Shown one piece after another: positions 44,811 through 54,991 of a stretch of 64,000 nt of DNA. The DNA comes from Planctomycetota bacterium. GTDB lineage: Bacteria; Planctomycetota; UBA1135; UBA2386. The DNA is taken from NCBI GenBank assembly GCA_046290465.1, contig JBKAGP010000001.1:4096001-4160000 (forward strand), given 5' to 3'. The stretch's first letter is position 1; each line of letters starts with the position of its first letter. The notes under the pieces were generated by a model, which saw nothing but the letters and a program-made list of their open reading frames with translations, searched no databases and was not told the DNA's origin. The translations under genes and the position numbers were made by a program.

Positions 44811-45836
44811 TTACCCCGAAGGCTGCTCGTCTTCCTCGATCAACAGGCCCAGACGACGCTGTTCTTCGGCGAGGCGCTGCCGTTCGGCCTCGCGCGCCTC
44901 GGCGGCGCGACGATCCGCCTCGGCGCGCTGCGCCAACCTCCTGCCGGCCCGTTCTTCCGACTGCAGCCGCCGGATCAGCGCCAGCACCAGCACCGGCAGC
45001 ACGAAGATCATCAGCAGGCTGAACCAGTTGGTGAAGATCGAACGCCACGCCGCGCCCGAGCCGTGCACCACATACCTGCGCCAGGCCTCGTCGAGCTGCA
45101 GCGTCGACCGCCCGGTCTGCGCGACCAGCGCCCGCGCGAACGAGGTGGTCTCGTCGGTGTAGCGCGCGACGCGCATCAGCGCGGGCAGGCCGTATTCGCG
45201 CGTCAGCCACGCGACGTAGGAGTAGCTGTGGCCGTATGCCGTGCGCAGCTGCACGGTCGTCGTCGGGAAGTGGTCCGCCAGCGTGTCGATCGCACGCAGG
45301 CTGCCGCCGGTCACCCGCCAGACCAGGTCCTCCTCGCTCGCACCGAGGTAGGTGTCGCCAGCCAGCATCTGCGCGAGGCCCTCGTGGAACCAGCGCGGCA
45401 CGTGGCGGCCGTTTTCGCCGCAGTACTGGTCGAGCAGCTCGTGCACGAGTTCGTGGCGCACGACGCCGACCATCGACGTGTTGGTGCGCGCGATCGCGTC
45501 GAGCACCAGGTGGATCTGGTGGCGACCCAGCACCGCGAAGCCCGGCGCGTCCTCGTGCACGCCGGCGACCAGCGCCGCCGGCATCGAACTTCGGCTCTGG
45601 TGCACGTGCACGAAGAACCGCTGCACCTCGCGGTCGTCGAACGTCGGCAGCAGCGAAGCCAGCTCGGAGGCGACGTGGTCGCGCACCCGCTGCACCGTGG
45701 CTTCGTCGACATCCCCGGTGCCGGCGACGACTTGCGCGACATCGACCCGAGCCCGCTGCGGCTGCTGCGGTCCCCCGCACCCGGTCCACAACAGGGCGAG
45801 AATCAGCAGCAGCAGCGAGAACCGGGGCAGGAACAC
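44811..45836 (-). CDS. Peptidase MA-clan metalloprotease-like lipoprotein with a C-terminal TM
   Basis: LWTGC lipobox; RHELVH; PRWFHEGLA. Confidence 0.78.
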   Translation of the reverse strand: MFLPRFSLLLLILALLWTGCGGPQQPQRARVDVAQVVAGTGDVDEATVQRVRDHVASELASLLPTFDDREVQRFFVHVHQSRSSMPAALVAGVHEDAPGFAVLGRHQIHLVLDAIARTNTSMVGVVRHELVHELLDQYCGENGRHVPRWFHEGLAQMLAGDTYLGASEEDLVWRVTGGSLRAIDTLADHFPTTTVQLRTAYGHSYSYVAWLTREYGLPALMRVARYTDETTSFARALVAQTGRSTLQLDEAWRRYVVHGSGAAWRSIFTNWFSLLMIFVLPVLVLALIRRLQSEERAGRRLAQRAEADRRAAEAREAERQRLAEEQRRLGLLIEEDEQPSG

Positions 45837-45902
45837 GACGGTCGCGCGTCATAGTCTGTCGCGGACCATCCGCAAAGACCTCACCTACCGTTGGAGAACC
45901 CC

Positions 45903-46268
45903 GTGAAAGCGTCCCTGATGCTCCTCTCGCTGCCGGTCGCAGCCGCCCTCGCGTTCGCTCCGTCGCATTCGACGCCCCAGGATCCGCAGGAGCCGAAGCC
46001 CGAGAACATCTCGGTGATCCCGATCTCGACGCTGCAGTACGTCGACATGCAGGGCAAGCTCACGGCGGTGCCGGCGACCAACGTCGTCGAGATCCGCATG
46101 TTCGACGACCAGTCGGAGAGCGTGCGCCTGGAGCTGCTCTACGAGAACGGCGACTACTCGCTGATCGACGCGCAGGCGATGCACATCCTGCGCAAGAACG
46201 GCGCGACCCGTGACGTGCGGCTGGTCCGCACGCAGCGCTCGACGATGCGGTTCCCGCGGCTGCCGTAG
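45903..46268 (+). CDS. Small secreted hypothetical protein
   Basis: Signal peptide; strong GC3 codon bias; GTG after GGAG. Confidence 0.7.
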   Translation: MKASLMLLSLPVAAALAFAPSHSTPQDPQEPKPENISVIPISTLQYVDMQGKLTAVPATNVVEIRMFDDQSESVRLELLYENGDYSLIDAQAMHILRKNGATRDVRLVRTQRSTMRFPRLP

Positions 46269-46389
46269 GCGGGATCGCGAGCTGAGACCGATGGCACCGA
46301 CGTGATGGCGCCATCGCCCCGGGGCCTTCACCGATCTCGGCCGTGGTGCCGAAAAACCGAAGGCAGGGATCGAGTCGGCATGCACCCGC

Positions 46390-48039
46390 ATGAACCGACC
46401 GCACCACATCCACAGCCTTCCGAGCACCCACGCGGAATGCGGCGCACTCGCCGTTGCCGCGGAGGACGTGCTGCCGGAGTACGCGCTGTTGCGCCTGCTG
46501 CACGAGTGGCACGTGCGTGGTGAAGACGTCGATCCGGACATCGAGTTCGCGCTGCAGCTGTCGTCGGCGATCGCCGCGAGGCAGTCGCTGGAACCGCCGT
46601 CCGCCGCCGAGCCAACCCCAGAGGACGCAACCGACATGACCGACGAAGTGGACACGAGTCCCGTCGACGAGCCCGAGGTCCGAGCCGACACGATCGACGC
46701 CGACGCGGCCGTGGATCTACCGGACATCGAACTGGACGGAGGGGAACTGGACGGGGGGGAACTGGACGGGGGGGAACTCGACGGGGGGCCCACGGAGACG
46801 AGCCGCGGCGGGCCGGATCTGGGGGTCGAGGAACTGGCCGAACTGCTGGCGGACACGGCGCTGCAGGAGGACGCGGCGGGCGAGTCGGGCGAGACGTTCG
46901 GCGAGGCGGTGACGTTCTCGGATGGCGAGACCGAGTCGGTGGTCGCGGAGGCGTTGGCGGATCCGCCAGAACCGACGGACGAGGTAGCCGAGCACGGCCG
47001 AGCCCAAGACGCCGACGACCAGGACCCGGCATCCGCCGAAACGCCGGCAGAGGCACCGCAGGAAGCCGAAGCGAACGCCGCGGCAGCACTCGCGGACGAA
47101 CCGCAGCAGGATGCCGTGGCGGTCGCCGATCGCGACGAGCCGACCACGACGGACGCATCGCCGACGACCAACGCCGGGGCTGCCGAGCTCGACCCGGAGC
47201 CGGCGCCGCTCGTCGGGGACGACGCAGCCGCGCCCGACGCCGAACCGACGAGCGCCACCGCGGCGGCCGCGGATCCGGTCGAGGTCGCCGACGACGACCC
47301 GGCACCCGTTCTGGAACCCGTCATCGAGGAACTCGGTGCCGAACCGACGTTCGAGCAGGACGCCGCCGAACCGATGGTCGATGCGGAGCCGCAGACGGAG
47401 ATTCCGGCGGCGGGCACGGCCACGACCGAGCCCATTGCGACCGGACCCGGCGCGACCCGGCCCGGCCTGACCCAGCCCGGCCTGACCGACAGCGTCGAGC
47501 ACGTAGACGCAGCGCAGGCTGCGCAGGGCGAGGAGTTCGCGCTGACCAACGGCCAGCTCGATCGCGTGCAGGACTTCCTCGGCGAGCTGAAGGGCGCGCT
47601 GATCGAGATGGCGCAGCGCCCGCAGCCGGCGCCCGCGCCGCAGTCCGACAGCGACATCAAGCCGCTGGTCGAAGCGCTGCAGCAGGGCTTCGACCGTTCG
47701 GCCGAGCAGGCGTCGCAGACCACGGTCGCGCTCGCGTCGCTGACCGAGCACGTCACGCAACTCGGCCAGCACGTCGAGGGCGGCGTCAGCAAGACCCTCG
47801 ACAAGGCGTTCGAACGTGCAGCTGCCCAGCCGGCGACGGCGTTGCCGGCGGCGCCGTCGTTCGTCGATTCGCGCAGCAACCGCCAGACCGTCGTGCTCGG
47901 CGCGGTCGCGATGGTCATCCTCGGCTGGTCGATCCTGTTCTGGATCAAGACCGGTTCGCCGCGGCTCGCGCTCGGCACGTTGGTCGGCGCCAACGCCGTC
48001 GCGTGCTGCATGCTGCTGGCGCGGCGCTGCAGCTCGTAG
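46390..48039 (+). CDS. Acidic, largely disordered protein with coiled-coil and two C-terminal TM helices
   Basis: D/E/A/P-rich; ELDGG x4; hydrophobic C-terminal hairpin. Confidence 0.65.
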   Translation: MNRPHHIHSLPSTHAECGALAVAAEDVLPEYALLRLLHEWHVRGEDVDPDIEFALQLSSAIAARQSLEPPSAAEPTPEDATDMTDEVDTSPVDEPEVRADTIDADAAVDLPDIELDGGELDGGELDGGELDGGPTETSRGGPDLGVEELAELLADTALQEDAAGESGETFGEAVTFSDGETESVVAEALADPPEPTDEVAEHGRAQDADDQDPASAETPAEAPQEAEANAAAALADEPQQDAVAVADRDEPTTTDASPTTNAGAAELDPEPAPLVGDDAAAPDAEPTSATAAAADPVEVADDDPAPVLEPVIEELGAEPTFEQDAAEPMVDAEPQTEIPAAGTATTEPIATGPGATRPGLTQPGLTDSVEHVDAAQAAQGEEFALTNGQLDRVQDFLGELKGALIEMAQRPQPAPAPQSDSDIKPLVEALQQGFDRSAEQASQTTVALASLTEHVTQLGQHVEGGVSKTLDKAFERAAAQPATALPAAPSFVDSRSNRQTVVLGAVAMVILGWSILFWIKTGSPRLALGTLVGANAVACCMLLARRCSS

Positions 48040-48075
48040 CCGCCCGTTGCGAGGCCCGAACCGGGGGCCTGACGG

Positions 48076-50463
48076 CTACTCGCCGGGACTCGGCGTCAGC
48101 AGGTTGACGAGCATGCGCACCGCTCCGGGATGCAGCTTCTTGAGTTGCCGCCAGAGCGCCAGCGCGCAGTAGACGTATTCGCCGTCGCCGGTGCGCGCAT
48201 AGAGCAGCGCGCCGCGTTCGGTCGGCTGGCCCGGATCGCCGAGCTCGAGCACTTCCTGGTAGTCGCCGGCGTAGACCTCCGGCAGGTAGAGCGCGCGCTC
48301 CTGCGCCCAACCGTCCCAGTCGCTCGGCCGGATCACGTTGGGGTGACGCAACAGGACGTGGTCGGGCAGCAGCACGCGGACCGGCGCGTCGGCACGCGTG
48401 ACGCGACTCTTGCCGACCTCGAACGGCTCGAACGGCGCGCCCTTGAACTGCTCGCCGCTCGGATGGAACTCGACGTCCTTCTGGTAGAAGAGCACCAGCC
48501 GGTGGCCCTCGGTGCGCGCGAAGTCGAGCAGCCGGCCGAAGCCGTAGCGCGCCTCCGGTCGGCCGCGCAGCGCGCGGATGTCGACGACGATCGTGTCGAA
48601 CACCGACAGGTCGGCCGCGGCGATGTCGGCGTCGACCAGCTCGGCCCACTCGATGCCGAGACCGCCGACCCCGAGCACGTTGGGCAGCGTGTTGTCGCGG
48701 CTGCGCAGCACGCCGACCCGCAGCCGTTCGGGCACCTGCACGTCGACCTTGTGCACCGGCAGGTCGACCTTGGTGTCGCCGAGGCGGATGCGCAGCAGGT
48801 CGACGCCGGTGCGGCGTTCGCTCGGCGCCTCGACCACGAACCCGATCAGGTCGCTGCGCTGGTCGCGCAGCACCACGTCGTGCCGGTCGTCGTCGATCGC
48901 GTAGCCGGCCGGCGCGCGCACCTCGAGCTGGCCCTCGACCGGGAACTGCGAGTTGCGCTGCACGCCGACGCTGAACTGCACCGACTTGCGCGCCGACGGC
49001 AGCAGCAGCACGCGCGGCACGACCGACAGCTGCACCGGTGCCAGCTGCTGGACCGGCACGGTGACCTCGACCGGGATCTCGAGGTCGCCGAGCGCCACGA
49101 AGAACCGGATGCGCACCGGCGGCACGAAGCGGTCGGCGTGGAACCGGGCCGTCATCGGGTCCTCGGCGCTGCGCGCGCTCAGCGGGATGCGCACGCGCGC
49201 CACCGCGACCGCGCTGCTCGCCGGCTGCTCGGACTCACCGAGCCGGGTCAGCTCGACGCCGACACCGTCGAGGCCCTCGGCGCGGATCTCGGGCGCGGCG
49301 CCGCGGCCGGTCAGGATGCGGACCGGGCACGAGAACTCCTCGCCCTCGATCGCGACCGTGCCGGGTGGCACCTCGACCTCGATCTGCACGCGCGCCAGCG
49401 TCAGCGCCAGCCGTTCGAGCGCCTCGATGCGCCGCTGCAGGCGGCTGACGACGTCGAGGCCGAGGCCTTCGCGGCGGCGCAGTTCGCGCAGTTCGCGCAG
49501 CACGTGGATCACCTCGTCGACCGGCGGGTCGGCCGAGTGCAGCAGGCGTGGCAGGCGCTCGCTGAAGAAGCGCTCGAGTTCGACGGCCCGCTGGGGGTCG
49601 CCGGGCCAGCGATCGGGATCGAGGACCGACGGCAGGCCCAGCGGCCGCGCGCCGTCGACGGAGACACGCTCAGGCTGCTGCGGCTCGAACCGCAGCACCG
49701 CGCCGAAGACGTCGTCGAGGTGTTGCGGCGGGCCGGGACTGACGTGGGCGCCGCGCAGGATATCGTAGGCGATGCGGCGCAGCGCCTTGCCGCGGTCGCG
49801 GTCGAGGTGGTCGGCGTCGACCAGCAGCGCGTCGGGGCTCACCGTGCTGCCGGCCCCCATCAAGAACACCGGGATCCGGTGCGGTTCGCCGGGCGCGTCG
49901 AACGACGGATCCGCCGCGAGGCGAACCGCCTCCGGCAGCAGTTCGACCAGCGCCAGGTCGTGGCCGTGGCCTTCCTCGGAATGGTGCGTCGTCAACACCG
50001 CGTCGGGCCGGATCGTGCGCAACAGCCGCACGAAGTTGCGCAGCGTCTCGTCGCGACCCCACTCCGCGAACGTCTCGTCGGCCGAGCGGCGGTAGCCGCC
50101 GTCCGGGCAATTGAGGTACCACGCCTCGGCACCGGCGAGCGCACAGCCTGCTTCGGTCTCGAGCGTGCGGATCCGTTCGAACGCGTCGCCGGTCTCGGGA
50201 CCGAGCGTGTTCTGGCCGCCACCACCGCGGGTCGCGAGCAGCGCGGCGACGCGCAGGCCGAACTTCGAGCGCAGCCAGACCGCAGGCAGGATGTAGCGGT
50301 CGTCGGGGTGCGACGCCGCGACCAGCACGAGCGAATCCGCGGCGGCGTCGCGCGCGGCCTGGCGCATCGCGAGCATGCCTGCCGGCGTGCGGCCGCAGGT
50401 GTCCTGCCAGCGTTGGGCCGTCGCCAGCGACGCCAGGCAGAGCCATGCGAACAGCCAGCGCAT
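48076..50463 (-). CDS. PIG-L/LmbE family deacetylase-like protein with Ig-like and GATase-like C-terminal regions
   Basis: ASHPDD; TRGGGGQN..GPE; RTIRPD; GHGHD; WDGWAQERALY. Confidence 0.82.
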   Translation of the reverse strand: MRWLFAWLCLASLATAQRWQDTCGRTPAGMLAMRQAARDAAADSLVLVAASHPDDRYILPAVWLRSKFGLRVAALLATRGGGGQNTLGPETGDAFERIRTLETEAGCALAGAEAWYLNCPDGGYRRSADETFAEWGRDETLRNFVRLLRTIRPDAVLTTHHSEEGHGHDLALVELLPEAVRLAADPSFDAPGEPHRIPVFLMGAGSTVSPDALLVDADHLDRDRGKALRRIAYDILRGAHVSPGPPQHLDDVFGAVLRFEPQQPERVSVDGARPLGLPSVLDPDRWPGDPQRAVELERFFSERLPRLLHSADPPVDEVIHVLRELRELRRREGLGLDVVSRLQRRIEALERLALTLARVQIEVEVPPGTVAIEGEEFSCPVRILTGRGAAPEIRAEGLDGVGVELTRLGESEQPASSAVAVARVRIPLSARSAEDPMTARFHADRFVPPVRIRFFVALGDLEIPVEVTVPVQQLAPVQLSVVPRVLLLPSARKSVQFSVGVQRNSQFPVEGQLEVRAPAGYAIDDDRHDVVLRDQRSDLIGFVVEAPSERRTGVDLLRIRLGDTKVDLPVHKVDVQVPERLRVGVLRSRDNTLPNVLGVGGLGIEWAELVDADIAAADLSVFDTIVVDIRALRGRPEARYGFGRLLDFARTEGHRLVLFYQKDVEFHPSGEQFKGAPFEPFEVGKSRVTRADAPVRVLLPDHVLLRHPNVIRPSDWDGWAQERALYLPEVYAGDYQEVLELGDPGQPTERGALLYARTGDGEYVYCALALWRQLKKLHPGAVRMLVNLLTPSPGE

Positions 50464-50470
50464 CGCGCGG

Positions 50471-51211
50471 TCAGACTCCGAGTGAGAGGCGGTTGGCGAG
50501 GACCTCGGGGAGCCCGGCGTCGCGGATCTTCTTCTGCACGTTGTCGATGTCGTAGTGCACGCGACGGATGCTGGCGATCTCGAGGTCGGTGTCGACGAGG
50601 CCATAGGCCGCGCGCGGATCCTCGTCACGCGGCTGGCCGACACTGCCGACGTTCATCAACACACGCTCGAAGCCGCGGTAGCTGATCTCGGCTTCGGAGT
50701 GTGGCACGACGTGGATGTCCCGCGGGTTCTCGTCGCGTCGCAGGTAGATCGCCGGCACGTGCGAGTGGCCGACGAAGCACAGGCGCGTCTTCTGGTGCTC
50801 GAGCGACTCGAGCGCTTCGACGACGCTGATCACGTAGCCGAACTGTTCGGGCATGTGCAGCGTGCCGTGCACGACCGTGAACTCCTCCTTCTCGACGACG
50901 AGCTCGAGCGCGTTGAGGAACTCGTAGTCCGAGGGTCGCAGCTGCGGCGCCGTCCAGTGGATCGCGGCTCGGGCGAAGTTGTTGAAGTACGACGTGTCGA
51001 GTCGTCCAAGCACCGCAGCGTCGTGGTTGCCCAGGCAGGTCACGCAGCCCAGTTCGCGCACCAGGTCGATGCAGGCCGACGGCTCGGGCCCGTAGCCGAC
51101 GATGTCGCCGACCTGCACCCACACGTCGACGTTCTCCCGCTTGAGGGCCTCGACGACCGCGTTCAGCGCATCCAGATTCCCGTGGATGTCGCCAAGAATA
51201 CCTATCTTCAT
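50471..51211 (-). CDS. Calcineurin-like metallophosphoesterase
   Basis: DIHGN, GDIVGYG, GNHD, VGHSH, NVGSVGQPRD. Confidence 0.93.
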   Translation of the reverse strand: MKIGILGDIHGNLDALNAVVEALKRENVDVWVQVGDIVGYGPEPSACIDLVRELGCVTCLGNHDAAVLGRLDTSYFNNFARAAIHWTAPQLRPSDYEFLNALELVVEKEEFTVVHGTLHMPEQFGYVISVVEALESLEHQKTRLCFVGHSHVPAIYLRRDENPRDIHVVPHSEAEISYRGFERVLMNVGSVGQPRDEDPRAAYGLVDTDLEIASIRRVHYDIDNVQKKIRDAGLPEVLANRLSLGV

Positions 51212-51214
51212 TAT

Positions 51215-51799
51215 TTACAGATACTTAGGTTGATCCTCACGACGGCTGACCCAACTCGCGGCAGCGAGCAGGGAGAGGCCAGCCGCCCCCCAGGCGAGCG
51301 CCGTGGCTTCCGAACGGAACGCAGTAGCCAGCATGCTACCCGTCAACAGCGACACAAGCACCACCGAGACCGAAAGCAGACGGCGGGGGAACGAGTCTCC
51401 GAAGCCAACCGCAAGGCAGATCGCCAGCGGGGAATAGGCCGCGAAGAAGTGTGTGGCGTCGAGCAGCCGGCGGCCGATCCCGACCGACCAGGCACCCTGG
51501 TCGAGCAACCAGCAGGAGACCATCAACAGGATCGAGAGGCCGGCGAGCATCGCGAGATTGGTGGCCGCGCCTGCGCGCCGAGGCAGGCGGCGCTCGGCAA
51601 GCAGCAGCACGGCGAGCACCAACAACCCACCCGCCCACACGGCATCATCCAGGATGTGGATGCCAAAGCGCCGCAGCATGCGCGGCTCCTGGGCGCGTGC
51701 CGCCGCCAGCCATCCGAGCATCAGCAGCCACGGGGCCCAGCCAGCCGAACGGATGCGAGCGATCGCGAGGAGCCGGATGATGCGAAGCTGGCACTGCAT
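51215..51799 (-). CDS. Hypothetical membrane protein
   Basis: Several hydrophobic segments; ends 3 bp before the phosphoesterase start. Confidence 0.5.
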   Translation of the reverse strand: MQCQLRIIRLLAIARIRSAGWAPWLLMLGWLAAARAQEPRMLRRFGIHILDDAVWAGGLLVLAVLLLAERRLPRRAGAATNLAMLAGLSILLMVSCWLLDQGAWSVGIGRRLLDATHFFAAYSPLAICLAVGFGDSFPRRLLSVSVVLVSLLTGSMLATAFRSEATALAWGAAGLSLLAAASWVSRREDQPKYL

Positions 51800-51920
51800 G
51801 CGGTCAAGAACCGGTTATCCTGCGCCGCAAGCTGCAGGACAAGGCCTGGATTCAGAATGGCCGACGCAGCACAATCCGCATCGCAGCTGGGGGTCACCCA
51901 CCTGCTAGGTTAGGGAACTC

Positions 51921-52637
51921 GTGCGCTCGATCGTCTTGGCGAACCAGAAGGGCGGAGTCGGCAAGACGACGACCGCCATCCACCTGGCACACGGCTTCGC
52001 GTTGGCGGGTCGGAAGGTGCTGCTGATGGATCTGGACCCGCAGGGCAATGCCACGGTCGCGGTCCAGGGAATGCGGACCGATTCCGAGCAGAAGGCGCCA
52101 CAGGAGTGGATGACCCCCGTCGCCGAACGCTTCTGGCTGGTGCCCTCCGCCGGCGGGGAAGCCGTCGCTTCTGGCGAAGCCACCCTGGACACCGAACGGC
52201 TGAAGGCCGTGGTCGGCGAGCTGGAAGGCGAGATCGACGTCCTGGTCGTCGACTGCCCTCCGCGCATGGACGAGTGGGGCTGGGCGGGCGTGCAGCTGTG
52301 CGAAGAGGTCATCGTGCCCGTGCAGGCCGAGTTCTTCTCGATGCACGGCCTCTCACAGATGATGGCCTCGCTCGAGGAGGCTGCCAGGCGCTACCCGGGC
52401 AAGGGCAAGCTCAGAGGGGTGCTCCCGACCATGGTCGACACCAAGGAGGAGATCGCCACCGAAGTCCTCGAGGACCTGCGGTCCAATCTGGGCGAGCTGC
52501 TGCTCGACTCCGTCATCTTCCGTGACTCGAGCCTCGTCGAGGCCGCGAGCCACGGGCAATCCGTCTTCGTACACAGTCCCTGGTCCAAAGGAGCTCTTTG
52601 CTACACCGAGCTCGTGCAGGAGATCATGAATGGTTGA
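51921..52637 (+). CDS. parA: ParA/Soj ATPase
   Basis: NQKGGVGKTT, DLDPQGNA, VDCPP, VPVQAEF; overlaps parB. Confidence 0.9.
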   Translation: MRSIVLANQKGGVGKTTTAIHLAHGFALAGRKVLLMDLDPQGNATVAVQGMRTDSEQKAPQEWMTPVAERFWLVPSAGGEAVASGEATLDTERLKAVVGELEGEIDVLVVDCPPRMDEWGWAGVQLCEEVIVPVQAEFFSMHGLSQMMASLEEAARRYPGKGKLRGVLPTMVDTKEEIATEVLEDLRSNLGELLLDSVIFRDSSLVEAASHGQSVFVHSPWSKGALCYTELVQEIMNG

Positions 52638-53592
52638 TCGTCGTCTAGGCAGAGGTCTCGACTTCTTCTTGTCCGGCTCGCGCAAGCCCGCGGCCGATTC
52701 CGAGGCCCCCAAGACCGAGGAGCGCACCCCCGCCCCCAAGCCCGCACCGGCGGAAGCCCCGGCAGTCGCCCCGGAGGATGCCGTCCAGAAGGTCCCGGTC
52801 GGCTCGATCGAGCCCAACCCTTACCAGCCGCGCAAGGAGATGGACGAGGCCGAGCTGAAGACGCTCTCCGAGTCGATCCGTGAGAGCGGCATCCTGCAGC
52901 CGATCCTCACGCGCAAGGTGGGGGATCGCTACCAGATCGTCGCCGGCGAACGCCGATGGCGCGCCGCCCAGCTTGCTGGTCTGAAGGAAGTGCCCGTGCT
53001 CTGCCGTGAGTTGTCGGACAACGACAGCGCGGTCTTCGCCCTGGTGGAGAACCTCCAGCGGGAGGATCTGAACGCCATCGAGAAGGCGCAGGGCATCAAG
53101 CTGCTGATGGACCAGATGAAGTCCACCCAGGCGCAGGTCGCCAAGCAGGTCGGTTTCGAGCGTTCTACGGTCGCCAATTTCCTCCGCCTGCTGGACCTGC
53201 CCCAGGGTGTGCAGGCACATGTTTCACGTGGAACACTCACGATGGGCCATGCTCGGTGCCTGCTCGCGCTGCCCGACCACGAGACGATGGAGATCACGGC
53301 GGAAGCGGCGATCAAGCAGAGCCTGTCCGTGCGCGCGCTGGAATCGCTGGTCAAGGACATGCTCGAGGGCTCGACCGGCAAGAAGCCGGACAACGACGAA
53401 CCCGCGTCACCGAAGGCAAAGAAGACCCGCCCGGTCTGGCTCAACGAACTCGAGGAGGGCCTCGTCGAAGCCCTCAGCACGACGGTCACGATCAAGTACA
53501 GCCGCAAGCGCAGCCAGATCGTGATCGAGTGTGCGAACGACAGCGAGCTCGACCGCGTCTCTTCGCGCATCAAGAACTCGAGCCCGCAGTAG
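52630..53592 (+). CDS. parB: ParB/Spo0J partition protein
   Basis: RLGRGL; NPYQPR; GILQPI; AGERRWRAA; ENLQREDLNAIE; HTH. Confidence 0.95.
   Translation: MVDRRLGRGLDFFLSGSRKPAADSEAPKTEERTPAPKPAPAEAPAVAPEDAVQKVPVGSIEPNPYQPRKEMDEAELKTLSESIRESGILQPILTRKVGDRYQIVAGERRWRAAQLAGLKEVPVLCRELSDNDSAVFALVENLQREDLNAIEKAQGIKLLMDQMKSTQAQVAKQVGFERSTVANFLRLLDLPQGVQAHVSRGTLTMGHARCLLALPDHETMEITAEAAIKQSLSVRALESLVKDMLEGSTGKKPDNDEPASPKAKKTRPVWLNELEEGLVEALSTTVTIKYSRKRSQIVIECANDSELDRVSSRIKNSSPQ
53220..53235. promoter_or_regulatory. parS centromere site inside parB
   Basis: TGTTTCACGTGGAACA, 15/16 match to canonical TGTTTCACGTGAAACA. Confidence 0.88.
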
Positions 53593-53792
53593 CTCGCTGT
53601 GGGGGCTGCCAGGGGGGCAGCTCGACCCGGAGCCTCTCCGGCAGCCGAGTCTTTGGCGGCCGGGCCCGGGGCGGATCAAAGGGGCCGGGGGCGGCCAGGT
53701 CAGCCAAGGTCAGCCTGGGCGGCCAGGGCGGCGCGATCGATCGCAGCAACGCCCGGCCAGCGGCAGGTTCAGCGACCTGCCCAGCGGGAGGA

Positions 53793-54929
53793 TCAGAGGA
53801 CCTCGACCGCGGTGATGCGGATGTTCTCGGTCGGGCGACCGACCCCGCGATCCTCTTCTTCGGCCGACATGCCGGCCTCGCAGATCTCGCGCAGCGCCTC
53901 CATGCCCTCGACCACGAAGCCGAACACGACGCGGTTGCCATCCAGGTTGGCCTGGTCGTCGAGGTGGACCCAGATCCGGTCCGCGCACGACTTGCCGTCC
54001 GCCTCGGGGCGGGCCGCGATCGCGCCATCGAAGTGGCTGAGTCCCGTGTTCTCCCACTCGAGCTGGTGCTCGCTCGGCTCGGTGGTCGTCCACTTGGTGC
54101 GGTCATCCTCCTTCGTCGAAGCGAAGCCGAAGTGCATCGCGTACGGGCGCTCGAAGTTCTCGGTGCCGCGCTGGATCTCGTCGACCGCCAGCCCGGTCCA
54201 GAAGGCGCCGCCTTCCAGCTTGGCCAGCTCGAGGAACTTCTTGGTGTGCTCCAGGCCGGCCTTGAGGGCGAACGTCGCCGAGCCGTAGTCCCCGAACGTG
54301 AACTTGACCCGCGGCCAGTCGGCCGGGATCTCCGGCTTCTTGAAGCGGGCCGGCAGCTCGAAGCCCTTGGCATGCTCGATCTGGCTGCGCATCAGCGAGA
54401 TGACGCTGCCTTCGGTCGCCGCCTCGAACTTCGGGCCATCCGGCTCGACCCCTTCTTCCGGCTCCTTCTGGTCGCGGCTCTGCACGGGAGCCTTCGACTT
54501 GATGACTAGCGGGTGCTTCGGATACTTGCTCTCGATCTCGGCGAGCGACGACTCGGCCTTGGCCCAGTCCTTGTCCAGCATCGCCTTGCGCGCGATCGCC
54601 AGCAGGTAATAGGGGCGCTGGCCTTCGTCCGCGTTGGCCAGCCCGGACTCGAGCGTCGACATCTCGATGTCCTCGAGCGCCGTCGTCACCGGCTCGTAGG
54701 CCTTGGCGAAATCGATGTAATTGTCGTCCATGCCCATACTTGCAGCAAAGGCGGACCACTTTTCGTCGATCGCCTGCTGGTCGAGCGTCTTCCAGGCATA
54801 ATTGCCGACCAAGGCCAGCAGGATGGCGCCAATGATCACCATCACGAGCGACTTGTAGCGCTCCCAGAGGACTTCGAACGGGCTGGGGGCCTGGGTACCT
54901 TCCAGGGTCGAGGGAGGAGTGGCGGACAT
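53793..54929 (-). CDS. Membrane-anchored protein with YfgM/TPR-like N-terminus and divergent cyclophilin-type PPIase domain
   Basis: N-terminal TM; LDGNRVVFGFVVEGME; RPTENIRITAVEVL. Confidence 0.72.
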   Translation of the reverse strand: MSATPPSTLEGTQAPSPFEVLWERYKSLVMVIIGAILLALVGNYAWKTLDQQAIDEKWSAFAASMGMDDNYIDFAKAYEPVTTALEDIEMSTLESGLANADEGQRPYYLLAIARKAMLDKDWAKAESSLAEIESKYPKHPLVIKSKAPVQSRDQKEPEEGVEPDGPKFEAATEGSVISLMRSQIEHAKGFELPARFKKPEIPADWPRVKFTFGDYGSATFALKAGLEHTKKFLELAKLEGGAFWTGLAVDEIQRGTENFERPYAMHFGFASTKEDDRTKWTTTEPSEHQLEWENTGLSHFDGAIAARPEADGKSCADRIWVHLDDQANLDGNRVVFGFVVEGMEALREICEAGMSAEEEDRGVGRPTENIRITAVEVL

Positions 54930-54991
54930 GATTCGATTCGGAAACTGAGTATCGGTCGCTGCCCGACGCCTGCTGCATCAGGCCCGGGCGA

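Noticed and set aside
51800..51920. oriC next to parA
   Set aside because: No cluster of TTATCCACA-like DnaA boxes and no AT-rich unwinding element.
53593..53790. G-rich stretch between parB and the PPIase gene as an ncRNA
   Set aside because: Only short hairpins, as expected between convergent genes; no recognisable family.
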